64,000 nt of DNA from an uncultured Candidatus Binatia bacterium (GCA_965214905.1 OZ243984.1:3963802-4027801), one strand, 5' to 3'; shown: positions 1 through 8,904, numbered from the stretch's first letter. A program made the numbers and translations. Notes: generated by a model not told the origin, from the letters alone.

Positions 1-2162
1 AAGCGCGAGGTGTCGTGGCAGTCCAGGTACTTGACGATTTCGTTCCCCAACACCCTGGCGCTCTGGCTGCCCACCGTCGGCGCGGTGTCCGCCGCTTCGC
101 TTTCGCCAAGGGCGCGGGCCAGGATCGCCAGCGCCGCCTTCGGCTCCTTGTCCTTGTCGGGCACCATTCCCACTGCATGAAAGCCGAGGGTATCGGCGAA
201 GACGAACGCTCCGCCCTCCGGGTTCGGCAGGAAGGCGGGGAACAGGGCGCCGTCGAGGCCAGCGAACTCGTGACGGAGGTCCCGGGCCTTTTGCCCCTGC
301 TCGAAGGCGGTATGAAGAACGAGGTTGTCGTAGGCGGCCTGCCACGCCACCCGCAGGGGATGGGCGGGCAGGACGATGAGGCCGACGGTGCGCCCGGACA
401 GCGACTGCACTTCGACGGTATTCGCGAGGGCGAGTGCGGAGTTGCCCTTCTCCAACAGGGCGGCCCAGGCCCGCAGGTACTCCTGTACGACGCCGAAGGG
501 CGCAACCGTCTCGTCGTATACCTGGGCAACGCCGCCGCCGCCCGCGCAGAAGCCTTCGGCCATCCTGCGGCTGACCGCCGCCGCGCGCTTCCATGCGTCG
601 CCGTCACCGCGGTCGAACGGCTCGAACTCCGCGGCGCCGGCGCGCTCCCCCGAGCCCCGCACCTTGACCGTCCACCGCCCGATCTCGCCCTGTCTCTTGA
701 TCCATTGCTCTTCGACCTCGGCGATCAGCGCGGGCCGAAAGACCCGGAAGCTCTTGCGTCTTCCCTGTTCGAGCGGCGTTCGCAACAGGACGAAGCCCTT
801 GGAATCGACGGTGACCGAAGGGGCCGACGTCATCGTCGAGACGGCTTCACGGCTCCCCATCTCGGCGAGCCCCTCGCTGAACGTCCGAACCTTCGCGCCA
901 ACCCCGCTGATCTCCGGCTCCGGCGGCTCCCCGAAGCGGACGATGAACTCCTCGCTCTCCTGGGGTTCGATCGCGTCGTTGCCGACCACCTCGACCACCG
1001 CCTTGGCCGACAGCAGCGTGGTTTCGTCCAGCGACGAGAAGTCGTCGTTGCTGAATCGGCATTTCTCTCCGCCTTTCCGTGCGGAATGGGCAACCTCCCG
1101 AACCGCGAGTTCCTCCTCCATGTCGGTCCGGAGGGCGACGCGGTATTCGGCCGCATTCTTATCGAGGTCCACGGGGTCGGTCTTCCATCTGACCTCCAGG
1201 GTCGAAAAGCGGCCGCTCTGGTCCGCGTCCGGCCGCAGGACGAGAGCCGGCGGCTCTTCCGCATCCGCGCCTTCGATCAGCCCGGACCATCTGGCGATGG
1301 CGCCGTTCCGGTTTCGCCAGGAAATGAGCTCGATGTCCCGGATCGACTTCGCCGGGGGCTCGGTTCGAAGCGCGCCGATCCACAGGTCCTCGTGGCCCGC
1401 GAGATCCTCCAATGCGGCGCGTAGCGGCTTCGTATCCACGGAATGGAGGAAACGCTCCAGATCGCCGCTCTCCTGCCCCGAGTTCGGGTCCAGCCGTATG
1501 GACTCGATACGCGCGGCGGGCGCGAGACTGGCGCCGGCCGCGCCCAGCAACCGATCCGTGAACATCCGGGCAGTGTTCAAGCTGTCTGTGGGGTCCGAGT
1601 TCCCGGAATCGAGGACGGGCCAAAGGCCGAGCAGATGCAGATGTGCGCCCGGCGATCCGCCCCCTGATGCAGTCCGGCAAAGGAAGTCGAACTCCGCCCA
1701 TCGCGACACGGCGTAACCGCCGCTGTGTCCCCGCGCCTTCTTGACCGCCTGCTCCGCGTAGCGGCGAACGTCCGCGGAGTGCCGCCGGGTGATCTCGTGG
1801 CTCGTCAGACGTTGCGCTTCCCGGAACAAAGCGGCTTCAGCCACCTCGCGAACGGCGCTGTAGATGCCGTCCATGCCGGCGCCAGCGCGTTCGGTATCGA
1901 CCAGGAGCAGGACGGCATCGCGCTTGGCCTCGCGCATCTCCACGGCCCGGTCCGCGGTGACGGTCCGTAGCTCGTCGCGGTCCTCATCCGCAACCCGCAG
2001 AACCGTCCAGCCGGCGGGCGCAAAGGAGGCGTCGCTCGCAAGCGCTTTGACGACATCGGGGGTCAGGCAACGCGCGAAAGCCATTGCCCCGGTCCGGGGG
2101 TCGCCGAGCACGCGCTTGAACGCTGCCGCAAGCAACCGCCCGTGGAGATCGGTACACTTCAC
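1..2162 (-). CDS. Large hypothetical protein, N-terminal 720 aa only (3' end lies beyond the window); third gene of the NERD-kinase-ATPase operon; positional analogue of DptH
   Basis: Not in the supplied track because it has no stop inside the window. The minus-strand frame (coordinate = 2 mod 3) is open from GTG 2162..2160 down to position 3. That GTG lies 1 nt after the upstream TGA at 2166..2164; an alternative ATG is at 2084..2082. My hand translation reads VKCTDLHGRLLAAAFKRVLGDPRTGAMAFARCL...GLIVLPAHPLRVAWQAAYDNLVLHTAFEQG...ARVLGNEIVKYLDCHDTSR, with ordinary protein composition. The long + strand ORFs 15..1424 and 376..1716 over the same DNA are R/A/P/S-rich shadows. Confidence 0.7.
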   Translation of the reverse strand, partial: MKCTDLHGRLLAAAFKRVLGDPRTGAMAFARCLTPDVVKALASDASFAPAGWTVLRVADEDRDELRTVTADRAVEMREAKRDAVLLLVDTERAGAGMDGIYSAVREVAEAALFREAQRLTSHEITRRHSADVRRYAEQAVKKARGHSGGYAVSRWAEFDFLCRTASGGGSPGAHLHLLGLWPVLDSGNSDPTDSLNTARMFTDRLLGAAGASLAPAARIESIRLDPNSGQESGDLERFLHSVDTKPLRAALEDLAGHEDLWIGALRTEPPAKSIRDIELISWRNRNGAIARWSGLIEGADAEEPPALVLRPDADQSGRFSTLEVRWKTDPVDLDKNAAEYRVALRTDMEEELAVREVAHSARKGGEKCRFSNDDFSSLDETTLLSAKAVVEVVGNDAIEPQESEEFIVRFGEPPEPEISGVGAKVRTFSEGLAEMGSREAVSTMTSAPSVTVDSKGFVLLRTPLEQGRRKSFRVFRPALIAEVEEQWIKRQGEIGRWTVKVRGSGERAGAAEFEPFDRGDGDAWKRAAAVSRRMAEGFCAGGGGVAQVYDETVAPFGVVQEYLRAWAALLEKGNSALALANTVEVQSLSGRTVGLIVLPAHPLRVAWQAAYDNLVLHTAFEQGQKARDLRHEFAGLDGALFPAFLPNPEGGAFVFADTLGFHAVGMVPDKDKEPKAALAILARALGESEAADTAPTVGSQSARVLGNEIVKYLDCHDTSR

Positions 2163-2163
2163 G

Positions 2164-3969
2164 TCAGTGTTCCATCCGGGGCGAGAAGCGGGGCCGCAGC
2201 CGCTTCATCGCCTCGGCGTCGTTCACGCCGACGAGGAGCCCGAGATCCCGCAAGCGGCGTTCCAGAATCGCCCGATTCGATTGCAGAAGCTCGTTGGAGA
2301 TCGTCATGTGCGGGGGCGCCGCATCGATGTGAAATCCGTAGCGTTCCCGGATCGTGTCCAGGAACTCCCGCAAGGAAAGCCGTTTCACTCCCGGCTTGCT
2401 GGCGCGGCGAAGGAGGTGAAGGTGCACCAGGTAGTCCAAGACCGAGTCGGTGAGAACCAGTGACCGGACTTCCCGTTGCCTCCTTCCGCTCCCCGCCGTC
2501 TGCGTCCCTCGGGTGGTTCTTCGCTTGCGCGCCAGCCCGTTCGGGCGCCCGATATTCAGCGTCGAGTCGACCATGGGAATCGTATGGCCTCGTGCCTTTG
2601 TTCCCATCAGCAGCGTCAGGGCGGCTGCGAGACGCCGAATCGGATTGGGTTGACTCTGCTGGTTGCGCAACACGCTCGCCGCTTCCGGGAAGTCCTCGTC
2701 CAGAGCATTCGCGAGCTTTTCGCCGTGCTCATCCATCTGGCGGTGAATGTATGGCGCCTCGTCGTGGCGCTCATGAAGCAACTCGCCGAGCAGATTGATC
2801 CACTCCGTGGCGTACGGTCGGATGGAGTGTTTCTCTTTCTTGATCTTCCGATTGTCCCTCGCCGCATAGTCCAGCAGCCGCAGCATCATCAGGATCTCGG
2901 GGAGGCGCTCGATGCGGCGCATCAGGTCGCCCAGCGACTGCTCGGCCAGATCCCGTAGCTCGCGAACGACACCGTTGGAGCCATCCACGAAGATGCTCGC
3001 CGGCCGCTGGCGCTGTGGCTCGATGACGACCCCGGTCTCCGCCCATCCGAACAGGATCTCGACGACGCTGGTGAGAACCGCCGTCATGCCCGTCGCGACA
3101 CAGGATTCGAGCATGTCGACGAAGGCATGGCGCGGAACGCTCTCCCCATAGGACCGCACGAACCGGCGGATGTCCTCGGAGAACTCCCTTGCCGATTTCT
3201 CGGCAATCGGGCGCTGGTTCGAGATCTGCGCGCTTTCGTTACCCCGTATCTTGTCCGGCGCGGCACCCAGTTGTTGGCCCAGTCGGATCGTCAGGATCTG
3301 ATCGAGTCCGAGGCCTTTATTCTGTTCATCGAACTTGTCCGCCGCCAAGTCGGCGACGGGTCCCTTCCGTTCGACACCGTGGCTGAACGCGCGCAGCAAC
3401 AGGTTCTCTTCGTGGCCCTTGCCGATGGCGAACCAAGTGCGGTCCCCTTCGTTGTTCGGCTTCACGTGGTCGCCCTTCTGGCCCGCGAGCATCGCCACGA
3501 TCATCTCCGGCACGAAACGCAGATGTGTCGTACTCTCGGGAAGATCGATCCAGCTCGCCATGTAGTGGGCCGGCGCCACACGCTGGACCTGTCTATCCCG
3601 GCCGAGATCGTGCCTGGAGTTCTCAAGACAGAAGCAGAGCAGCAGGTCGCCGAGGATCGCTTGTTCCACAGCCTCATCGAAACCGTCGAGGTCGGGACGG
3701 GAAGCGAGTTTCTCCGCGATGCGTTCCACGGTTGCCGCCCGTCTTCGTTCCCGGAAGGTACCGCCGTTCGGAGCGAAGGTCTTGAGGAAATTGCCCCGGC
3801 CCCGGCGCTGTCCGAATCGAAACATGTAGAACACCGCGGGAAGGACCGCCGAAAGCTCGAACGTGTTGAACGAGACCGGCAAAACCTTGTCGTACTGCGC
3901 CGACCACAACTCGTTCGCCATGCGCCGCGACAGCACGTCCTGGACGATGGAACGGGCGCTACTTGCCAT
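2164..3969 (-). CDS. Hypothetical protein, 601 aa; middle gene of the operon (positional analogue of DptG; no motif recognised)
   Basis: Real part of ORF 2164..4248 starts at ATG 3969..3967 (MASSARSIVQDVLSRRMANELW...). This ATG overlaps the upstream stop by 11 nt (ATGGCAAGTAG), indicating translational coupling. Composition is protein-like throughout, and the 93 codons upstream of this ATG are S/R/T-rich junk. The C-terminus ...LSLREFLDTIRERYGFHIDAAPPHMTISNELLQSNRAILERRLRDLGLL looks like a helical/wHTH-type tail. Confidence 0.8.
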   Translation of the reverse strand: MASSARSIVQDVLSRRMANELWSAQYDKVLPVSFNTFELSAVLPAVFYMFRFGQRRGRGNFLKTFAPNGGTFRERRRAATVERIAEKLASRPDLDGFDEAVEQAILGDLLLCFCLENSRHDLGRDRQVQRVAPAHYMASWIDLPESTTHLRFVPEMIVAMLAGQKGDHVKPNNEGDRTWFAIGKGHEENLLLRAFSHGVERKGPVADLAADKFDEQNKGLGLDQILTIRLGQQLGAAPDKIRGNESAQISNQRPIAEKSAREFSEDIRRFVRSYGESVPRHAFVDMLESCVATGMTAVLTSVVEILFGWAETGVVIEPQRQRPASIFVDGSNGVVRELRDLAEQSLGDLMRRIERLPEILMMLRLLDYAARDNRKIKKEKHSIRPYATEWINLLGELLHERHDEAPYIHRQMDEHGEKLANALDEDFPEAASVLRNQQSQPNPIRRLAAALTLLMGTKARGHTIPMVDSTLNIGRPNGLARKRRTTRGTQTAGSGRRQREVRSLVLTDSVLDYLVHLHLLRRASKPGVKRLSLREFLDTIRERYGFHIDAAPPHMTISNELLQSNRAILERRLRDLGLLVGVNDAEAMKRLRPRFSPRMEH

Positions 3970-6900
3970 ACCGTTCCCCCGGCGGTTCGAGCGGAGCGAT
4001 GGACATGCGTTGCAGTGGGGCGGATCCCGAATCGTCGATTCCCACCGAGATCTCGAAGATCGCCTCCTCGCGTATGGGGTTCCAGGCGAACATCCGACGG
4101 TGGTCTTCCTGAACCAGTCTCTGCACGAAGATGGAGAGGTGCGCGAAGGTGTCGTCGGTCGCGATATCGCCCAACTGATAGCCGTCACTGAGGTCGAGGA
4201 GCAGGTGAAACAGCTCGGCGCCAAGACGCAGCCGCTCTTCGCGCCCATCGCGGTAGCGGTAGACCAGGAACGCTTGCCGATGGAGCCGGTCCAGCCCCTC
4301 CCCGCCGCACGTATCGACTTCGAGACGAAAATCGCAAACCGATTTCTCGACCCAGAACGCCGTCTCGGTCGGCGTTCGCGGGGTGATCTTCAGCGGCACG
4401 GCGCCGGGTCGATCCAGCGCCTTGGGCGGGAGGGTTTCGAGGCGGGAGATACCGGCGCAAAGGCGCTCGATCAGCTTGGCGCGTTTGTCAGGATCGTCGT
4501 CGATGGCAAGCGCGCGGAACTCGCGCAAGTGACGCCCTTGGGCCAGATCCAGCGCGAACGGGTCGCCGGTCCATCGTTCCATCTCGTCTTCCGGCCACTC
4601 GAACCAAGCCCGGCGGCGTGCTGCCTCAAGAGACAGCCCTTCATAGCGGGGAAGCCCGCCGTCGCCGTCGATGGACGGCGAGTACAGCAGACGCCGGTCG
4701 ATCTGCGGGTGCGCATCGAGAGCCGGGTCGAAATACACCATCTCCCGCAGCACTTCCCCTTGCCGTCCCGGCGACCGGGGCGCAAAGGCGCGCTCGGAGT
4801 AGGGCTGCGGCGCGCCGGAACCATCGTCGCTCCGGTGATAGTCGCGGCAGAAGTGCATACCGAACAGGATATAGACCAGTGCGCCGCGCAGTTCGCGGAT
4901 CGTGATGTGCGCTTCGCCTCGCAGGTGCACGGCCTGCAGTGCCTCGAACAGCCGCTGTCGGGCACGGCGGCGCACTGCCTCGTCCGCGAGTTCGCCGGGG
5001 CCGAACGTCCGCGCCGCTCGAACGACCTCGCAACGGTCTTGAGCCGAACACGTGCGACAGGGTGTCCATATGTTGGCGGCCCGCTCTCCGCCGTACAAGC
5101 TGTCGACCAGACGATCGAGAAAGCCGGTGTCGATGCGTCTCCTGTCCGCCGTGACGGCACCGACCAGCGAGCGCTGGTTCAGGTCGACGAACCGGATATG
5201 CGATCCGGTAGGCGGGGCTTGGCCCTCGAGAAAGTCGGAAAGGGCCCTCGTCAACGAGGTTTCGCCCCGGCGTTTCTCGATGTTTTCGATCCACTCCAAC
5301 AGACGGCCATCGTTGATCGCCAGCAGGTGGACGATATCCTCGCCCGGCCGGCCGCCCTGGAACGGGGCCAGGAATTCGTCCAGCAGATCGTCGGCGGAAC
5401 GGCCCTTCCAGGACGCGGAACCGTCGAGATTCATGCGTACGGTCAAGCCGTCGTCCAACCCTCCCTCAATGATGCGCGCCGCGGAAGTCCGGTCGCCCAA
5501 TCCCAGGCGTTTGGCAAGGTGTTGGAGGAGGGCGGTCTTGCCGTCGCCGGCATTGCCGCACAGGACCACGAGACGAACACGCCGTGCGACGATGTCGCGG
5601 TAGAGGGCTTGTTCCAGATCCGTTTCGACGTAGGTTCCGGCCGCGAACTCGCTGTCCAGCCCGCGCGTCTCGCGGTTGCCCCAGAGTGACCCGGGATAGG
5701 ATTGCAGCAGCGACTTCAGCCACTCCACTTCGTTCTCTTGCCGCTCGGCGCGTCCGTGCCCTGGAGGGGCCGATTCGGCATGTCCGACTTCAACGACTCC
5801 TTCCGCTTCGCTCGGTGCGATGTCTCCCGTCCGGCGTCCGGCGCGGTGAGCCGGACTCAAGACCGCCAGCGCGTCCGCCGCCGAGGCGATCCGCTTCTCC
5901 CGGACCGGGCTGGTGGCACGGTCCAGGAAAGCGGCCAGCACCGGATATTCCTCACGCTCCACCCCGTCCCAGTTCAACCCGCGCTCCTTGGCGTAGACGC
6001 CGTCGTCGTATCGAAACGGCTCCTTCTCGAACAGCGCATGGAAGAAGCTCGCGGCGAGCGCGTAGAAATCGTCGGACGGAGCGGCCTCCCGGCCTTCGAG
6101 ACAGGACGGCGAGCAGTAGGGAACCGTGCCCGGTGCAGCCATGGGTTCGCCGACCCTCCCCACGAAGTCGTAATCCGTCAGGACGAGGTCGTCTCCGGAA
6201 ACGATCAGGTTACGGGGGCTGACATCGCCATGCACCAAACCATTGCCGTGCAGGACGCCCATCGCGTTGCAGGCCGTGCGCAGCCATCGCACGGCCAACG
6301 CTTCGACCGATCCTTCCTGAAAGTCCTCGGCGAGGATCGGGAACACCCCCGAGTACTCGCTGAGCGGCTCGCCTTCGATCCACGTCATCAGAGCCAGGAA
6401 CTGGTTGTCGCGCCATTCCGGAGCCACTTCGAAGATCGTCGACAAGGCGGAGTGCCGGAGATGCGAATGCGCCAGCTCATAGGCGCGGAGGACCCGCCGG
6501 CCCGTCTCTTCATCGCGAGCGACCTTGGCGACGTAGGTGCCGAGGTCGCCCCCGGTCTCGCGATTGATTTTCACGACCTTGAAGGCGGTTCCCACCCCCC
6601 CCCCCCCCCCCCCCCCCCCGGAACCGAGGCGCGAGACGATGCGATAGTCCTGATCTCGGAAGCGCACAATCTGCTCTTCCGTCCAGAACCGCGCCGGCGG
6701 AGGCGGCGGTTCGGGCATCGGCTCGCCCAGCAGCTCGGACAGCGATGCCTCCATCTCCGCCAAGCTGCTCCGCGCTCCGGGCTGGTCCGCCATCCCCCGA
6801 TCCAGCTCCACCAGGACCTTGGCACTGTCCTCGTTCTGCCGATCCTTGAAGAGCACCGTCAGCGACGCGCAAAGCGAATAGACGTCGGACCGACGATCCG

Positions 6901-8032
6901 CGGCGGCTCGTCCCTGGACGCGAACCTCGGGAGAGACCGCAGCGTCCCGATCCCCTCCCGGTTCGGAGGAAGCCACGGAGACGTCCCCCGGAATCCGGGT
7001 GTAAGCGAAACCGGTCAGGATCGGCGAATTGTCATGTTTCACCAGGATCGTGTTCGGCGTCAGGTTTCGGTGAATCATGGGTTCGGTTTCCGTACTCGCC
7101 CCGTGGAGTTCGCGCAACGCTTGCACGGCGCCGCGGGCGAAACTCGAACGGGCTTTCGTATCCCACGATTCATCCGCGGCGCGCTCCGCGATGCTGGGCG
7201 CGGCGGGATCGGCCACGGTGAAGAACGCGATCTCGTTCGCATATCCCGGTGCTTCCTGGAACGAGTCCACGATGCGCGGCGCCCAACCGTGCCGTTGCAG
7301 CCGTTGCAAAGATTTCCACTCGCGTTCCGCCTTCTCACCGGCGTTCGGGCCATCGCTCGCCGACAGATCGTAAAGATGCAGGAGCACTCGATCCTGCCGG
7401 GAGGCGTGTTTCGCTTCGTAGATCCGATGGAATAGCTCCTCGGGCGGCGTGCGGAGCCGCAGATGCGAGTACCCGGCCAGTCGTTTCAACGCACCGTCCA
7501 GGGCAACGGCGCTCCTGGGTTCCAGGGAGCGTCTCGATGCCCTGATTTGCTGCAAGGACAGCACATTCGGTGAATCGAATCCCAACGCACCGCGCCAGGT
7601 GTTGAACGTATGGAACGAAACGCCGCGAACGGGCTCCCGTCGTTCGAGTCCCTTGACCTTGTCGGCCGTTTCGGTGACCAGAAACGCTCCGTCCACCCGC
7701 GGGAGATCGGGAATCTGCCGGCGCAGCGTCGTGCCGATCTTGCGCGCTTTGTTCGTCACGCGCTCGGCTTCCTGTTCTACGATGTCGGGATTTCGATTGA
7801 CCCATGCCGCGGTCCAGTGCTTGACCTCGATGACCCGAACCCCCGGCGGGCCGATGGCGACGATGTCGATCTCGTCGGATTGGAGACGATGCGTTGCGGA
7901 GAAAGTCAGATTCGTCAGCAGGTGCCACTCGTCATCGCCCGGAACGGAGATCAGGCGCGTCTTGAGCTGGGCGATGGCCTTGCGCTCGCTTTCGTTGACG
8001 GCTGGTCCACATGAAACAATACGTGCTTTCAC
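3959..8032 (-). CDS. 1357-aa multidomain protein: NERD nuclease-like domain + degenerate kinase-like domain + Ser/Thr-type kinase domain + P-loop NTPase (PglW-like N-terminal half, DptF-like C-terminal half)
   Basis: ORF 3959..8032 with a GTG start. N-terminus MKARIVSCGPAVNESERKAIAQLK...DEIDIVAIGPPGVRVIEVKHW matches the NERD pattern. The first kinase-like lobe has IHRNLTPNTILV and TGFAYT, so both the HRD Asp and the DFG Asp are replaced. The second lobe has G-loop LGSGGGGGGGGVGTAFKV, VAK lysine, VHGDVSPRNLIV and LTDYDF. After that come Walker A VVLCGNAGDGKTALL (nt 5538-5564) and HLLAINDGRLL. Cys cluster: CRTCSAQDRC. Confidence 0.9.
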   Translation of the reverse strand: MKARIVSCGPAVNESERKAIAQLKTRLISVPGDDEWHLLTNLTFSATHRLQSDEIDIVAIGPPGVRVIEVKHWTAAWVNRNPDIVEQEAERVTNKARKIGTTLRRQIPDLPRVDGAFLVTETADKVKGLERREPVRGVSFHTFNTWRGALGFDSPNVLSLQQIRASRRSLEPRSAVALDGALKRLAGYSHLRLRTPPEELFHRIYEAKHASRQDRVLLHLYDLSASDGPNAGEKAEREWKSLQRLQRHGWAPRIVDSFQEAPGYANEIAFFTVADPAAPSIAERAADESWDTKARSSFARGAVQALRELHGASTETEPMIHRNLTPNTILVKHDNSPILTGFAYTRIPGDVSVASSEPGGDRDAAVSPEVRVQGRAAADRRSDVYSLCASLTVLFKDRQNEDSAKVLVELDRGMADQPGARSSLAEMEASLSELLGEPMPEPPPPPARFWTEEQIVRFRDQDYRIVSRLGSGGGGGGGGVGTAFKVVKINRETGGDLGTYVAKVARDEETGRRVLRAYELAHSHLRHSALSTIFEVAPEWRDNQFLALMTWIEGEPLSEYSGVFPILAEDFQEGSVEALAVRWLRTACNAMGVLHGNGLVHGDVSPRNLIVSGDDLVLTDYDFVGRVGEPMAAPGTVPYCSPSCLEGREAAPSDDFYALAASFFHALFEKEPFRYDDGVYAKERGLNWDGVEREEYPVLAAFLDRATSPVREKRIASAADALAVLSPAHRAGRRTGDIAPSEAEGVVEVGHAESAPPGHGRAERQENEVEWLKSLLQSYPGSLWGNRETRGLDSEFAAGTYVETDLEQALYRDIVARRVRLVVLCGNAGDGKTALLQHLAKRLGLGDRTSAARIIEGGLDDGLTVRMNLDGSASWKGRSADDLLDEFLAPFQGGRPGEDIVHLLAINDGRLLEWIENIEKRRGETSLTRALSDFLEGQAPPTGSHIRFVDLNQRSLVGAVTADRRRIDTGFLDRLVDSLYGGERAANIWTPCRTCSAQDRCEVVRAARTFGPGELADEAVRRRARQRLFEALQAVHLRGEAHITIRELRGALVYILFGMHFCRDYHRSDDGSGAPQPYSERAFAPRSPGRQGEVLREMVYFDPALDAHPQIDRRLLYSPSIDGDGGLPRYEGLSLEAARRRAWFEWPEDEMERWTGDPFALDLAQGRHLREFRALAIDDDPDKRAKLIERLCAGISRLETLPPKALDRPGAVPLKITPRTPTETAFWVEKSVCDFRLEVDTCGGEGLDRLHRQAFLVYRYRDGREERLRLGAELFHLLLDLSDGYQLGDIATDDTFAHLSIFVQRLVQEDHRRMFAWNPIREEAIFEISVGIDDSGSAPLQRMSIAPLEPPGERYGK

Positions 8033-8090
8033 GATATGCTTACTATCATCACGATATGCTTACTATCATCACGATATGCTTACTATCAAG
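8031..8090. repeat. Three tandem 20-bp direct repeats (ACGATATGCTTACTATCATC; third copy ends AAG) abutting or overlapping the GTG start of the 1357-aa gene
   Basis: Read directly: 8031-8050, 8051-8070 and 8071-8090. AT-rich (35% GC) in a roughly 65% GC background. In gene orientation the unit reads GATGATAGTAAGCATATCGT and contains the -10-like TAGTAA. Confidence 0.95.
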
Positions 8091-8904
8091 ATGCAGGTGC
8101 GGGTGTCCACTCGAAGAAACTCGTTCCTCCTCTCGGCCGGAAACCAGCGGCTTGGCGCCGGCCAACCGTGCGACCTGCAACCACATCGTGCTGACGCTGA
8201 TCCTGCACCGTCGGCGGTGGGACAACGCGGCCGCAGCCCTGCGCTACTTTACCCTGCACCGGAAGGCTGCCTTGCACGCCGTGCTGGCGCCCGCTGAGGC
8301 TCATCGCCGGCCGCTCCCACGATCCGCTCCCGTGTCCGCTCTCGACCCCAGTTCGGCATCCTTGCGCTGGACTGAACTGGCGCGCCTCACCAACAGCCCT
8401 ATCCGGGCAATCAGCCCCGATCATGTTCTCTGCGCCGCCGCACGCTCCAAATCGTCCCACTTGTCCGTCATCGCGTCCGCCCAAGTCTCCCGACGACACC
8501 CCAGGTGCTGCTCCCGCAAAGGATCAACCGACCACTTCGACGGACAAGTTTAGAGCGTGGGATAGTCCTGATCAAAAATTTGTCTGCTATCGCCTTCCAT
8601 TGCGACTGCCAAGGGTGCCACCGACACCGAGCAGGAAGTGCTGGAATCCCTGGAGCGAAACTCTCCGGACGGCTGGCGGACGTGCACCGCGGCGCCTACC
8701 TCGGCTCTTCGCCGAAGCCCGGGTCGCGGCGGACCGGCTCGTGGAACTGAAAATGCGTCACATGAAACTCACAAGCCCCACGCTGCTTGCGCTGGAAGAG
8801 GTGAAGTCGTGGATCGAAGCGATCGAGCAGGAGTTGCCTGACCTGATGTTTTCTCAGGGAGGAAGAACTTTCCTTATCGGAAGGCGCCAAAACAGGAGAT
8901 TGTG

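Noticed and set aside
15-1716. Long + strand ORFs 15..1424 (469 aa) and 376..1716 (446 aa)
   Set aside because: Their composition is extremely R/A/P/S/G-rich with no recognisable motif. They lie antisense to an uninterrupted, protein-like minus-strand frame that is translationally coupled to the upstream operon, so they are typical high-GC shadow ORFs.
6595-6619. Poly-G/C tracts as two-colour Illumina poly-G artefacts joining unrelated contigs
   Set aside because: Not fully excluded. At 6595-6619, however, the kinase subdomain I sequence continues correctly and in frame on both sides (DYRIVSRLGSG...VGTAFKVVKI), which argues against a chimeric join. The 25916 tract is intergenic and cannot be tested this way.
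8031-8090. Possibility that the short repeat arrays here, at 40955-40992 and at 56544-56575 are CRISPR arrays
   Set aside because: The repeats are directly adjacent with no spacers, there are only 2-3 copies, and no cas genes are present.
3863-8297. + strand ORFs 3863..5689 (608 aa), 5702..7435 (577 aa) and 7449..8297 (282 aa), opposite the 1357-aa gene
   Set aside because: They are antisense shadows of a gene with clear NERD, kinase and Walker A motifs. The 577-aa ORF contains a PPPPPPPP run that is merely the reverse reading of the poly-G tract.
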